The translations under genes were made by a program, and so were the position numbers. Shown one piece after another: positions 36,043-44,279 of a DNA stretch of 64,000 nt. Origin of the DNA: Armatimonadota bacterium (GTDB taxonomy: Bacteria > Armatimonadota > SYMT01). Location of the stretch: NCBI GenBank assembly GCA_041690135.1, contig JAWLHY010000001.1:416001-480000 (forward strand), read 5' to 3'. A model generated the notes under the pieces. That model made no database searches and was not told where the DNA came from. It saw only the letters and a list, made by a program, of their open reading frames with translations. Position 1 is the first letter of the stretch; each line of letters opens with the position of its first letter.

Positions 36043-37911
36043 TTAGCTCATGGGCGGGCAGCCATCGCGCGCCAGCCGGCGCCGGAGGTACGCGGCGTCG
36101 AGCTGGCAGCGGAAACGCGCGTCACGCGGAGCGAGGCCGGCGAGTATCCCGGCACTCCGAAGGCGATAGAAGTGCCCTTCCGGCGGCGGAGCCCCTCGCG
36201 CCAACAACTGGTCCACCGTTGCACACAGCTCCGGGTCCTGACCGAGAGCGGTGGCGAGGCGCTGAAGATGGTCCTGAAAAATGCCGCTCCCCTCGTCCGC
36301 CATCCGCAGGATCGCCCCCACCGTCAGCCCGTGATGGGATATTTCGTGGAAGGCCCGCCGGATCAGGTAGGGATGGCCACCCAGGAGGCCCATCAACGCC
36401 GCCAGCTCCGAAGGAGAGAGGGAGGAGAGACCGTAGCGAACCGCCAGGTCCGCGACCTGCGCCGGTTCGAAGTCGCCCACTTCCAGGCGGAGCCCCACGT
36501 TGAACGGGGATTGGTTCAGGTCGGTCACGAACAGGTGCGCTTCGGTGGCATAGGTAAGCGCGAGAGAGAGCCGGGACCACGGCCCGTTGGGGTCGAGGGC
36601 GCGCTCGTTGTGCCAGGAACGGAAGAGCCCAAATACCTCGCTGGCGTAAGGATAGGTGAAGAGCCGGTCCACCTCGTCCAGGGCCCAGACCAGGGGAGTG
36701 GAGGGGTTCGTGAGCACCTCCCGGCGCAGATAGCGACGCAGGTTCTGGTTGGGCCCGAACTGCGCGTCCCAGGTATCGCGCGGAAAGGTGTTCAACTCCA
36801 ACTGCTCCGCGAGACTTCCGGCCAGTGCCTGGAGAACGCCATCGAGCGAAGAGAGCTGTGCGGCGGAAAGGGTCTGGAGATCGGTGAAGACGACGCCGGC
36901 CCCCTGGCGCCGGGCTTCCTGGAGACCACGGGCCAGGAGGGAGGTCTTGCCGGTCTGGCGGGGACCCTTGATGAGCACCAGACTCTCCCGGCGCGCGAGC
37001 GCGCGCTCCAACTCGGCGTCCACCGTCCGCCGCACGTAAAAGGGCGAGTCGAGCGGGACGGCTCCTCCCAGAGACTCCAATACCACCCGGGAATCCGGTT
37101 CCGCGACTCGGACCGCGGGGGACGGGACGGGGACGAACCAACCGGTCTCGGCGCGCGGAGTGTCGCCCGCCTGCGCTTCGCGGATCGCCTGGAGGAGTGC
37201 TTCGCTTTCGGCTGAGGGCAGCCGCCCGAGCTCGTGCTGGAGGACACGAGCCATTTCCCGGTAATGCTGCAGCGCGAGGGCCGGCCTGCCGGCGGCGAGG
37301 TAGAGCCGGCAAAGGCGGGCGTGCTCCTGTTCGGAGAGGGGGTTGAAACTGATGGCGCGGGCGGCAAGCTCAATCGCCGTCTCCCACTCCCGTCGCTCTT
37401 CCAAGAGATCGAGCAGTTCCCGCAGGCAGGCGTCTTGCTGGGCCGCCAGCCGCACCTGCTCCGGAACCAGCCATTCCGCGCTGTAGCCGTGGAGCAATTC
37501 TCCCTGGTAGAGCGCCACCACCCGGCGCAGCTCTTCGCAGCGGACTGGGGGAGGGGCCGCACGCGCCCTTGCGCAGGCCGTCTGGAATTCGGCGACGTCC
37601 GTTTCTATCCGGGTCGCTTCGAGCCATACGGAGTTGCGGTCGGCATGCAAGATCTCCTCCGGCTGGATTCCCAGGGGGGCAAGGTCGTGTCGCAGAGCCC
37701 AGAGAGCCGTACTGAGACTATTGCGCCCGGCGTTTTCCGGACATTCCGGCCAGAACCGCTCGATCAAGTCGGCCCGGCGGTGGGCCTGCGGGTAGTAACC
37801 GAGGTAGGCGAGCAAAGCCCCGGTTTTCTCCGTACGGAAGCGGCAGACGCTGCGATCAGCCACACGGGCAACGAGCCCACCGAACAGCTCGAGGCGAAGG
37901 CGCAAAGACAA
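36043..37911 (-). CDS. SARP-type (wHTH-BTAD) regulator fused to AAA_35 STAND NTPase
   Basis: LELFGGL, LLAYL, R..L...FWPE, GRNSLSTALWALR, DVAEF, LYQGELL, NPLSEQ; GGAVPLDSPFYVRR, GPRQTGKTS, LDEVD, SPFNVG, GGHPYL. Confidence 0.88.
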   Translation of the reverse strand: MSLRLRLELFGGLVARVADRSVCRFRTEKTGALLAYLGYYPQAHRRADLIERFWPECPENAGRNSLSTALWALRHDLAPLGIQPEEILHADRNSVWLEATRIETDVAEFQTACARARAAPPPVRCEELRRVVALYQGELLHGYSAEWLVPEQVRLAAQQDACLRELLDLLEERREWETAIELAARAISFNPLSEQEHARLCRLYLAAGRPALALQHYREMARVLQHELGRLPSAESEALLQAIREAQAGDTPRAETGWFVPVPSPAVRVAEPDSRVVLESLGGAVPLDSPFYVRRTVDAELERALARRESLVLIKGPRQTGKTSLLARGLQEARRQGAGVVFTDLQTLSAAQLSSLDGVLQALAGSLAEQLELNTFPRDTWDAQFGPNQNLRRYLRREVLTNPSTPLVWALDEVDRLFTYPYASEVFGLFRSWHNERALDPNGPWSRLSLALTYATEAHLFVTDLNQSPFNVGLRLEVGDFEPAQVADLAVRYGLSSLSPSELAALMGLLGGHPYLIRRAFHEISHHGLTVGAILRMADEGSGIFQDHLQRLATALGQDPELCATVDQLLARGAPPPEGHFYRLRSAGILAGLAPRDARFRCQLDAAYLRRRLARDGCPPMS

Positions 37912-37926
37912 AAGGAAACCCCAGTT

Positions 37927-39429
37927 TCAGGTTGTCGGAGCGGTGGACACTTGCAGTTCCCGCAAGCGCCGGGCCGCCAGTCGCGAATGGTGCGTGTCGA
38001 GGTTCATGGCTACGGCCTGCTGCCAGGCGACGACCGCGTTGTGGTAATCCCCCGATGCCAGGAGACACTCGCCGTAGTAATAGAGCGCGCCTGGCCGGAA
38101 TACCGGGTCGGGGTAGGTCTGGAAGTAGGCCTCCCAATGTTCCTGGCAGCGCGTTAGATCCCCCAGCGCATAGCACGCTCTTGCCACCATCGCCCGGCAG
38201 AGCGACTGCGTTTGCCGGTCGGCACTGAAGTGCGGCGCCTGGGTCTGCACTTCCCATATCTTCCGCTGTGCCTCGTCCGTGCGCCCCAAGGCGGCGAAGT
38301 ACCAGGCCTGTGCCGCCGTGCACCAGAGCGACAACTTGTCGTCCCCGTCCATTTCCGGCAGCGCACGATCCAGGTAGTCGATGGCGAGCTCCAGGTTTCC
38401 CTCTTCGGCTTCCAGCCAGGATAGCCCCAGGTCAATCGTGGCCCGGCCGCGCCGCTCCAGATCGGGTTGCGGGTAAGGCTGCGCGGCTCGGGACGCTTCG
38501 AAGCCCTCGCGGGCCTCCACGAAATGACCCATAATGCGCAGGCATTCCGCGCGAGTCATGTGGGCTAGCCGGCCGGCGGAGGGGTGGAGCGCCGCGGCCT
38601 CCTCACAGTGCCGGATCGCGTCCTCGAGCTTCCCGTGCTTCATCTCCACGTCGGCCAACTGTGCCAGCAACTCGCCCGTCAGGTGCTTGTTGCCGGTTTC
38701 GCGCGCCAGTTCGTAACCCTTGCGCCGGTGCACCTCGGCGGCCTCCAGGTTCGCCACACCGGAGTAGCCGAGTGCGGCGATGGAGTGCGCCATGATCAGG
38801 AGCTGCTTGAGGGGCTTGAGCGGAATCGCCTCTTCGGCATACCGGATCGCGTCGGAAGGACGGCCCGCGTTATAGGCGGCCAAACCAAGCTGCAGCAGGG
38901 CCTGGGCTTTAACCAGCGTGTTCCACTCCGGGATGAGGGGCAGGGCCTTGCCGTAGGCCTCACAGGCCAGCGCATACTTGTGCTGTTTGTCGAGAAAGTT
39001 CCCGCGGGTCAAATAGAAGCCGGCATCAAGCTGCGCTCCGGCCAGGACCTGCTCGGCGCGGCGCTCCTCGGCCTGCGACTCCGCCTGTTGGCCCAACCCG
39101 TCCAGGCAGTCAGCGAGCAGCAGGCGCTGGCGGGCCTCGTCCGCCGCCTTCGGCTTCCTCGCCAGTAACTGTCGGCAGAGGTCGGCCGCTTCCTGGTAGC
39201 GGCCTTCCTGCATATAGCTCCACACCAGGCCCTGCCGCCACTCCGCACGCGCCCGGTCCCCGAAAACCGAGGGCAGGCGCGTTACCAACTCGCGCAGTTG
39301 GCGCAGACGCTTCTGGTCGCCCCGGGTCTCCAGGAAGACCGCAAGCATACCCAGGCCCAGAAATACGCCCAGCTCGTAGACCCCGAGGATCAAGAGCAGG
39401 AGCCGGATCAGCGCGGGCCAGTCGGTCAT
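37927..39429 (-). CDS. Membrane-anchored tetratricopeptide repeat protein
   Basis: N-terminal hydrophobic helix followed by about 10 TPR-like helical repeats. Confidence 0.8.
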   Translation of the reverse strand: MTDWPALIRLLLLILGVYELGVFLGLGMLAVFLETRGDQKRLRQLRELVTRLPSVFGDRARAEWRQGLVWSYMQEGRYQEAADLCRQLLARKPKAADEARQRLLLADCLDGLGQQAESQAEERRAEQVLAGAQLDAGFYLTRGNFLDKQHKYALACEAYGKALPLIPEWNTLVKAQALLQLGLAAYNAGRPSDAIRYAEEAIPLKPLKQLLIMAHSIAALGYSGVANLEAAEVHRRKGYELARETGNKHLTGELLAQLADVEMKHGKLEDAIRHCEEAAALHPSAGRLAHMTRAECLRIMGHFVEAREGFEASRAAQPYPQPDLERRGRATIDLGLSWLEAEEGNLELAIDYLDRALPEMDGDDKLSLWCTAAQAWYFAALGRTDEAQRKIWEVQTQAPHFSADRQTQSLCRAMVARACYALGDLTRCQEHWEAYFQTYPDPVFRPGALYYYGECLLASGDYHNAVVAWQQAVAMNLDTHHSRLAARRLRELQVSTAPTT

Positions 39430-39433
39430 GGGT

Positions 39434-40477
39434 TTACCGGACCCGGAAGGTCTTCAAGGGAGTGTTGGCGCCCCTGGAGACGGTGTAATGATCGCCTTCG
39501 ACCCGGACGCGCAGGAACTCACCCGAGCACTTCTCCTCCATATTCGCGATGAACTCCGGCTGGGTGTTGTCGTTCGGACCGGTGGTGATATTGCGATGGA
39601 GCTGGAAGATGCCCTCCAGCGTGGGGCTCTTCTTCAGCGTGGCATAGGTCGCCGCTGCTCCGCCCTTCTTCGGCCCGTTGCAAATAACCGCGCACCGTGG
39701 CTTGATCGCCTCGATCACGGCCGGGTTGTTGCTGGAGTCGGAGCCGTGATGGGTGACCTGGAACAGGTCTACCTCTCCCACGCGGTTCTTCGGGCAGGTC
39801 AGCTTGTGCTCGATATTCCAGGTAAGATCGCCGCAGTTCAGGAAGTCGAACCGTCCATACTTGAACAACAGCGCGATGCTTTTGCCGTTATCCGAGTTAT
39901 CCACCGGCTTGGAGGGGTGGCGCTTGCAGGAATGGCCCAGCTCCTTCTTGCCCTCGCCGAGGACTTTCCCCGAAGCAGCCACCACCTTGAGCTCGGCCGG
40001 CACCCCGCCGCCATTCAGCGGCAGGCGATCGCCCGGCTTCAGCATCGAGGTCTTTCCGCCGCTGGCCCGCTTGTAGGCCGCCATCAGGATAGGGAATCCG
40101 CGCGGGTCTTCCGGCAGGCTCTCCGGAATACCACGGTCCCAGTAGTGCCGCACCGGCATCAGCTTGGCGAGGTACTCGATTCCGCCGTAGTGGTCCGTGT
40201 GCCAGTGCGTGGTGACATAGTGGTCGATCTGGCTCAGCCCGGCCACGTAGCGGGCGGCATGCTCGATCCGCTTGGCGTCCCGTCCGTCCTCGCGGGGCCA
40301 GCCGCAATCGACGAGCACGGATTCCCCGCGAGGGGTGACCATCAGCGTGGCGGCGCCGCCTTCCACGTCGATGAAGTAGATGTCGAGGGGGCGGACCGGG
40401 GCCGCCTGGGGTCGGGAGTTGGAGGAAAAGGCCAGTGCGGCGGCGACGCCGACGGTGATGGCGATGATCCGTTTCAT
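39434..40477 (-). CDS. Secreted MBL-fold metallo-hydrolase (ComEC/Rec2-like)
   Basis: Signal peptide; FIDVEGGAATL, THWHTDHYGG (HxHxDH), NCGDLT, HHGS. Confidence 0.87.
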   Translation of the reverse strand: MKRIIAITVGVAAALAFSSNSRPQAAPVRPLDIYFIDVEGGAATLMVTPRGESVLVDCGWPREDGRDAKRIEHAARYVAGLSQIDHYVTTHWHTDHYGGIEYLAKLMPVRHYWDRGIPESLPEDPRGFPILMAAYKRASGGKTSMLKPGDRLPLNGGGVPAELKVVAASGKVLGEGKKELGHSCKRHPSKPVDNSDNGKSIALLFKYGRFDFLNCGDLTWNIEHKLTCPKNRVGEVDLFQVTHHGSDSSNNPAVIEAIKPRCAVICNGPKKGGAAATYATLKKSPTLEGIFQLHRNITTGPNDNTQPEFIANMEEKCSGEFLRVRVEGDHYTVSRGANTPLKTFRVR

Positions 40478-40602
40478 AGGCACACTCTTGAGGAAAGGGA
40501 CTACCGAAGGTACATAGCCCGGACTCTTAGTACAGAATTGTGCGTGCGGCGGGAGAATCCTCGTACCCTACGGCGATAGAGGCCCGCTTTTTGATTCCAT
40601 CG

Positions 40603-40902
40603 ATGCAACTCACCACCAAACAACGCGCGTACCTGCGCAGCCTGGGGCAGGAGCTTCGGGTCCAGCTACACATCGGTCACGAAGGCTACACGGAAGGAGT
40701 CCAGCGCTCGCTGGAAGAGCTGTTCAAGCGGCGAGAACTGGTAAAGGTCCGGGTGCTGAACACCACGGAAGAAGAGCCGAAGGAAGTGGCCGAGCGGATG
40801 GCGGAAGCTGCCCGGGCCGCCGTGGTCGGCGTGGTCGGCAAAACGTTCGTCCTCTACCGCCCGAACCCCGATCTTAAGGAGCCGATCGTGCTTCCCCGTT
40901 AA
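40603..40902 (+). CDS. yhbY: YhbY/CRM-domain RNA-binding protein
   Basis: LTTKQRAYLRSL, IGHEG, ELVKVRVL, VGKTFVLYR. Confidence 0.9.
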   Translation: MQLTTKQRAYLRSLGQELRVQLHIGHEGYTEGVQRSLEELFKRRELVKVRVLNTTEEEPKEVAERMAEAARAAVVGVVGKTFVLYRPNPDLKEPIVLPR

Positions 40903-40990
40903 AGGATAAGGAACCGGGGAAGATAACGAACCGGGAAGATAAGGAACCGGGAAGATAAGGAACCGGGAAGATAAGGATAAAGACGAGGAT
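40903..40990. repeat. Tandem ~16-bp repeat GATAAGGAACCGGGAA x4 ending in GATAAG oligomers
   Basis: Seen directly after the yhbY stop; no spacers between units. Confidence 0.8.
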
Positions 40991-41044
40991 GGTCTGATTT
41001 GGCTCCGAGACGGACGCGAATGGGCTAGCCCGCCAGGCTAATAC

Positions 41045-41303
41045 GCGTCATTGCGAGCCCCGACCGGTAGGCCAGAGGCGACGCATGCCGTGATCTGGAT
41101 CGCGCCGTATGCGAATGCGCGGTACGTCCTTTGCGGGAGGTGGCAATCCCCGGGTGAGCGGAGGTAGGGATTTGATTCCAGCGGGCCGTCCGCCGGTTTG
41201 GGCCTCCGCTGTCGGTTCTGCAAAGCCTGCGTGGTGTGGCGGAGGTGGCGGCGCGGAATACAGTGGGATTGCCGCGGTCGCTAAGGCTCCCTCGCAATGA
41301 CGC
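41045..41303. mobile_element. MITE/REP-like element with 13-bp terminal inverted repeats
   Basis: GCGTCATTGCGAG (41045-41057) ... CTCGCAATGACGC (41291-41303); internal GGCAATCCC / GGGATTGCC pair; related left end near 15342. Confidence 0.6.
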
Positions 41304-41399
41304 CGTCTTCCCCTCGGTTCTGGCTTCGCCAGATTGAGGTGACTGGGTGATGGGAGAGGACCGGGCGTCTCCGTTGTCCTCTCCCAGATTCTGGAACTG

Positions 41400-42086
41400 C
41401 TAGGAGCCGGTCTGGGGTTCTACTGCCTTCTTCGCCGTCCGCTCCTTGAGGAAATGGATGAAGGCGGGGAGCACCGAGAGGAAGATGATTCCAAGGATCA
41501 CCTTTTCGTTGTGCTCCTTCACGAACTCCACGCCGCCCAGGAAGAAGCCGAGCAGCGTCATGCTGAGGACCCACGTAATGCCGCCGACCACGTTGTAGGT
41601 CATGAACTCGCCGTACGGCATCTCGGCGACCCCGGCCACGATGGGGGCGAAGGTGCGGGCGAACGGCATCCAGCGCGCCAGGATGATCGTCTTTCCGCCA
41701 TGCTTCTCGTAGAACTCCTGGGTCTTGATCAGGTGCTCGCGCTTGAAGACCCGGGAGTCCGGCCGATTGAACAGCCGCGGGCCGGTCTTACGTCCGAACC
41801 AGTAGCCCACCGTGTCGCCGGCGATGGCGGCGACGATGAGGGTAGCGCAAAGGGCGGCCACCGACCCGGCCGGGTCCTGGGGGAGCGGTGCGGGGGCCTT
41901 CAGGATGCCCGTGCCGACCAGCGCCCCCGCGGTGAACAGCAGGGAATCTCCGGGAAGGAAGAAGCCGGCGAGCAGGCCCGTTTCGGCGAAAACAATAGCA
42001 AAGAGGATGACGAAACCGCCCCAGCGGATGAGGTCCGCGAGTTGTTCGCCGTGGAGACTGTGCAAGAAGTGCTGTATGGCTTCCAT
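41400..42086 (-). CDS. DedA/VTT-domain membrane protein
   Basis: IVFAETGLLAGFFLPGDSLLFTAG, GDTVGYWFG, HGGKTIILAR..PFARTFAP. Confidence 0.92.
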   Translation of the reverse strand: MEAIQHFLHSLHGEQLADLIRWGGFVILFAIVFAETGLLAGFFLPGDSLLFTAGALVGTGILKAPAPLPQDPAGSVAALCATLIVAAIAGDTVGYWFGRKTGPRLFNRPDSRVFKREHLIKTQEFYEKHGGKTIILARWMPFARTFAPIVAGVAEMPYGEFMTYNVVGGITWVLSMTLLGFFLGGVEFVKEHNEKVILGIIFLSVLPAFIHFLKERTAKKAVEPQTGS

Positions 42087-42109
42087 TTAGCTTCCGGGGA
42101 TAATGAGCC

Positions 42110-44182
42110 TTATGGCGGGGGCTCACCGAGTACTGCGTCGAGGTCGGGGGGCGGCGCGCTGCGCTGGCTGTAGCCGCCCATCTCCCAGTCGGCGGGGGGC
42201 GCCGGCCGAGTCGCGGAACTCCCCGCCCCCTTCTTCCCTGAACCGGCTGGGACCGGGGACGGCCCGCTGAACGCGGCTTCGAGAGTGGGGGCCAGACCAT
42301 GAAGTCGGCGCGCGGCGGGCAGAGACCGCAGTACAACCTCTCCATATCGCATCGTCACCACCCTTTTGTCGAGGATGGCGACCAATCCCTGGTCCGTTCG
42401 GGTGCGGATTAGCCTCCCGAAGCCCTGCTTCAACATCAGGATCGCTTTCGGCAGCATGTACCCCCCGAACCAGTCCTCGGAGCGGGCTTTCATCCGGTCT
42501 GTGCGGGCCTGAACCACCGGGTCGTCCGGGCTGGCGAACGGCAGCTTGTCGATGATGACGCAGGAGAGGGCGTCACCCGGCACGTCCACTCCTTCCCAGA
42601 AGGTGGCGGTGGCAAACAACACCGCGTTGGGGGTGGACTTGAACCACTCGATCAGGCGGGTGCGCGGCAGATCTTCCTGCGTCTTGCAGGGATAGGGGAG
42701 CGTGCTGAGGAGCCGGCCGGAGATCTCCCGCAGCGCGCGGTACGAAGTGCAGAGCACGAAGGCGCGCCCCTCGGTCATCGCCAGGATCTGCTCGATCTCC
42801 GGGCAAACGGCCTCCAGGAAGCGGGGGTCGTTCGGCATCGGGAGGTGCCGCGGCACGTACAGCAACGACTGGTTCGGGTAGTCGAAGGGCGAGCCGAGCA
42901 CGCACTCCAGAGACTTCTCGGGCAGCCCGAGCTCCTTCTTCACGAACTCGAATTTGCCGTCCACCGCAAGGGTGGCCGAAGTAAGGACGCAAGTACGCTT
43001 GTCCCACAGGAGATGGCGGAGTGGCTCGCTCACGTCGAGCGGCGCCGATTGGAGCTCGAAGTAGTCGCGGCCGGGATCGAGGTACATCCAGTTCGCCCGG
43101 TTCGCATCGCGGCCCAGGGTAGCGAAGTGGTCCCACCGGGTCGCGAGGTCCGTGGCGACCGACTGCATTTGCTCCCGCTGGACTTCGGCCCTCTCCTTCG
43201 CCAATCCGGGTTCGGTCTCCAGCAGCACCATCTGACCGGGGTCGGCCCGGCCGATCCATTCGGAGAGCTGGGCCAGTGCTTCCGACAGCTTGAGAGAGTG
43301 GTCCTGGAACTCCGCCTCCGGTTCGATCCGGAACTGACCGCGCCCCCGGCGGTAGAGGTGGTCCATCAAGCCGACTTCGGCGTCGGTGATGTCCTGCACC
43401 AGCCCCGAGGGCACGTTCGAGAACCGCCGCTGCACGCGTTGGAGCAGCTTGTTGTTCATCCAGCGGGTGAGCTGCACCGATAGCGCGCCGACGGCGGCCC
43501 GGTCGAGGTGGTGTGCCTCGTCGAAGACGACCACGTCGTGTTTGGGAAGGATGCCGGCCTCGCGCGCCAGGTCGGTGAAGTAGAGCGCGTGGTTGGCGAT
43601 GATGATCTGTGCTTCCTCGCACTCGGCCCGCGCGAGCCGGTGGGGGGTGTAGGTCCAATTCGGACACTTCGGCCCCAGGCAGTCCTCGGGGTCCGAAGCG
43701 AGTGCGTCCGCCCAGAACCGGCCCTCGATGTTGAAGGGGAGCTCGCCCCGGTCACCGTTCCAGAGGCGGCTGCTGGAGATCTGGACCAGGCTATCCAGCA
43801 CGGGGCGCTGGGGGTCCGTAAGGGGGAGGGTCCGGCGCGCCTCTTCCAGCTTGTTGAGACAGACGTAGTTCGAACGGCCCTTGGCAATGGCGACCTTGAT
43901 CTCCTTCCCATACGCCTGGGCGAGGAAGGGGATATCCTTGGTCAGCAACTGTTCCTGCAGGGCAATGGTGCCGGTAGAGATCACCGCCACCTTCCCCGAC
44001 TCGATGAGGGGAATCAGGTAGCCGAACGACTTGCCGCTGCCGGTGCCCGCTTCGATGAGTGCGTGACGGTTGCCGGAGATCGCCTCGCTGATCGTTTCCG
44101 CCATGCGGATCTGCTGCGGGCGGGGCTCGTAGCCCGGCAGTTGGGAGACGATATCCTCGATGACGCGATGAATGGGGCGCAA
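42110..44182 (-). CDS. DinG/YoaA-family ATP-dependent helicase
   Basis: EAGTGSGKS, KGRSNYVC, NHAL, FDEAH, TSATL, FWEGVDVPG, KQGFGRLIR. Confidence 0.92.
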   Translation of the reverse strand: MRPIHRVIEDIVSQLPGYEPRPQQIRMAETISEAISGNRHALIEAGTGSGKSFGYLIPLIESGKVAVISTGTIALQEQLLTKDIPFLAQAYGKEIKVAIAKGRSNYVCLNKLEEARRTLPLTDPQRPVLDSLVQISSSRLWNGDRGELPFNIEGRFWADALASDPEDCLGPKCPNWTYTPHRLARAECEEAQIIIANHALYFTDLAREAGILPKHDVVVFDEAHHLDRAAVGALSVQLTRWMNNKLLQRVQRRFSNVPSGLVQDITDAEVGLMDHLYRRGRGQFRIEPEAEFQDHSLKLSEALAQLSEWIGRADPGQMVLLETEPGLAKERAEVQREQMQSVATDLATRWDHFATLGRDANRANWMYLDPGRDYFELQSAPLDVSEPLRHLLWDKRTCVLTSATLAVDGKFEFVKKELGLPEKSLECVLGSPFDYPNQSLLYVPRHLPMPNDPRFLEAVCPEIEQILAMTEGRAFVLCTSYRALREISGRLLSTLPYPCKTQEDLPRTRLIEWFKSTPNAVLFATATFWEGVDVPGDALSCVIIDKLPFASPDDPVVQARTDRMKARSEDWFGGYMLPKAILMLKQGFGRLIRTRTDQGLVAILDKRVVTMRYGEVVLRSLPAARRLHGLAPTLEAAFSGPSPVPAGSGKKGAGSSATRPAPPADWEMGGYSQRSAPPPDLDAVLGEPPP

Positions 44183-44279
44183 TGCGGGTACCTGTTCCGT
44201 GGGGAGGACAGCGTACTGTAACGCGACGCGGGAAAGCCGTCAACATCCGTTTGCCATACTTGGAGCAGGCCCGCCGGAA

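Noticed and set aside
40903-40990. Mini-CRISPR or iteron array
   Set aside because: Head-to-tail 16-mers with no spacers and no rep gene nearby; grades into the dispersed GATAAG oligomer family.
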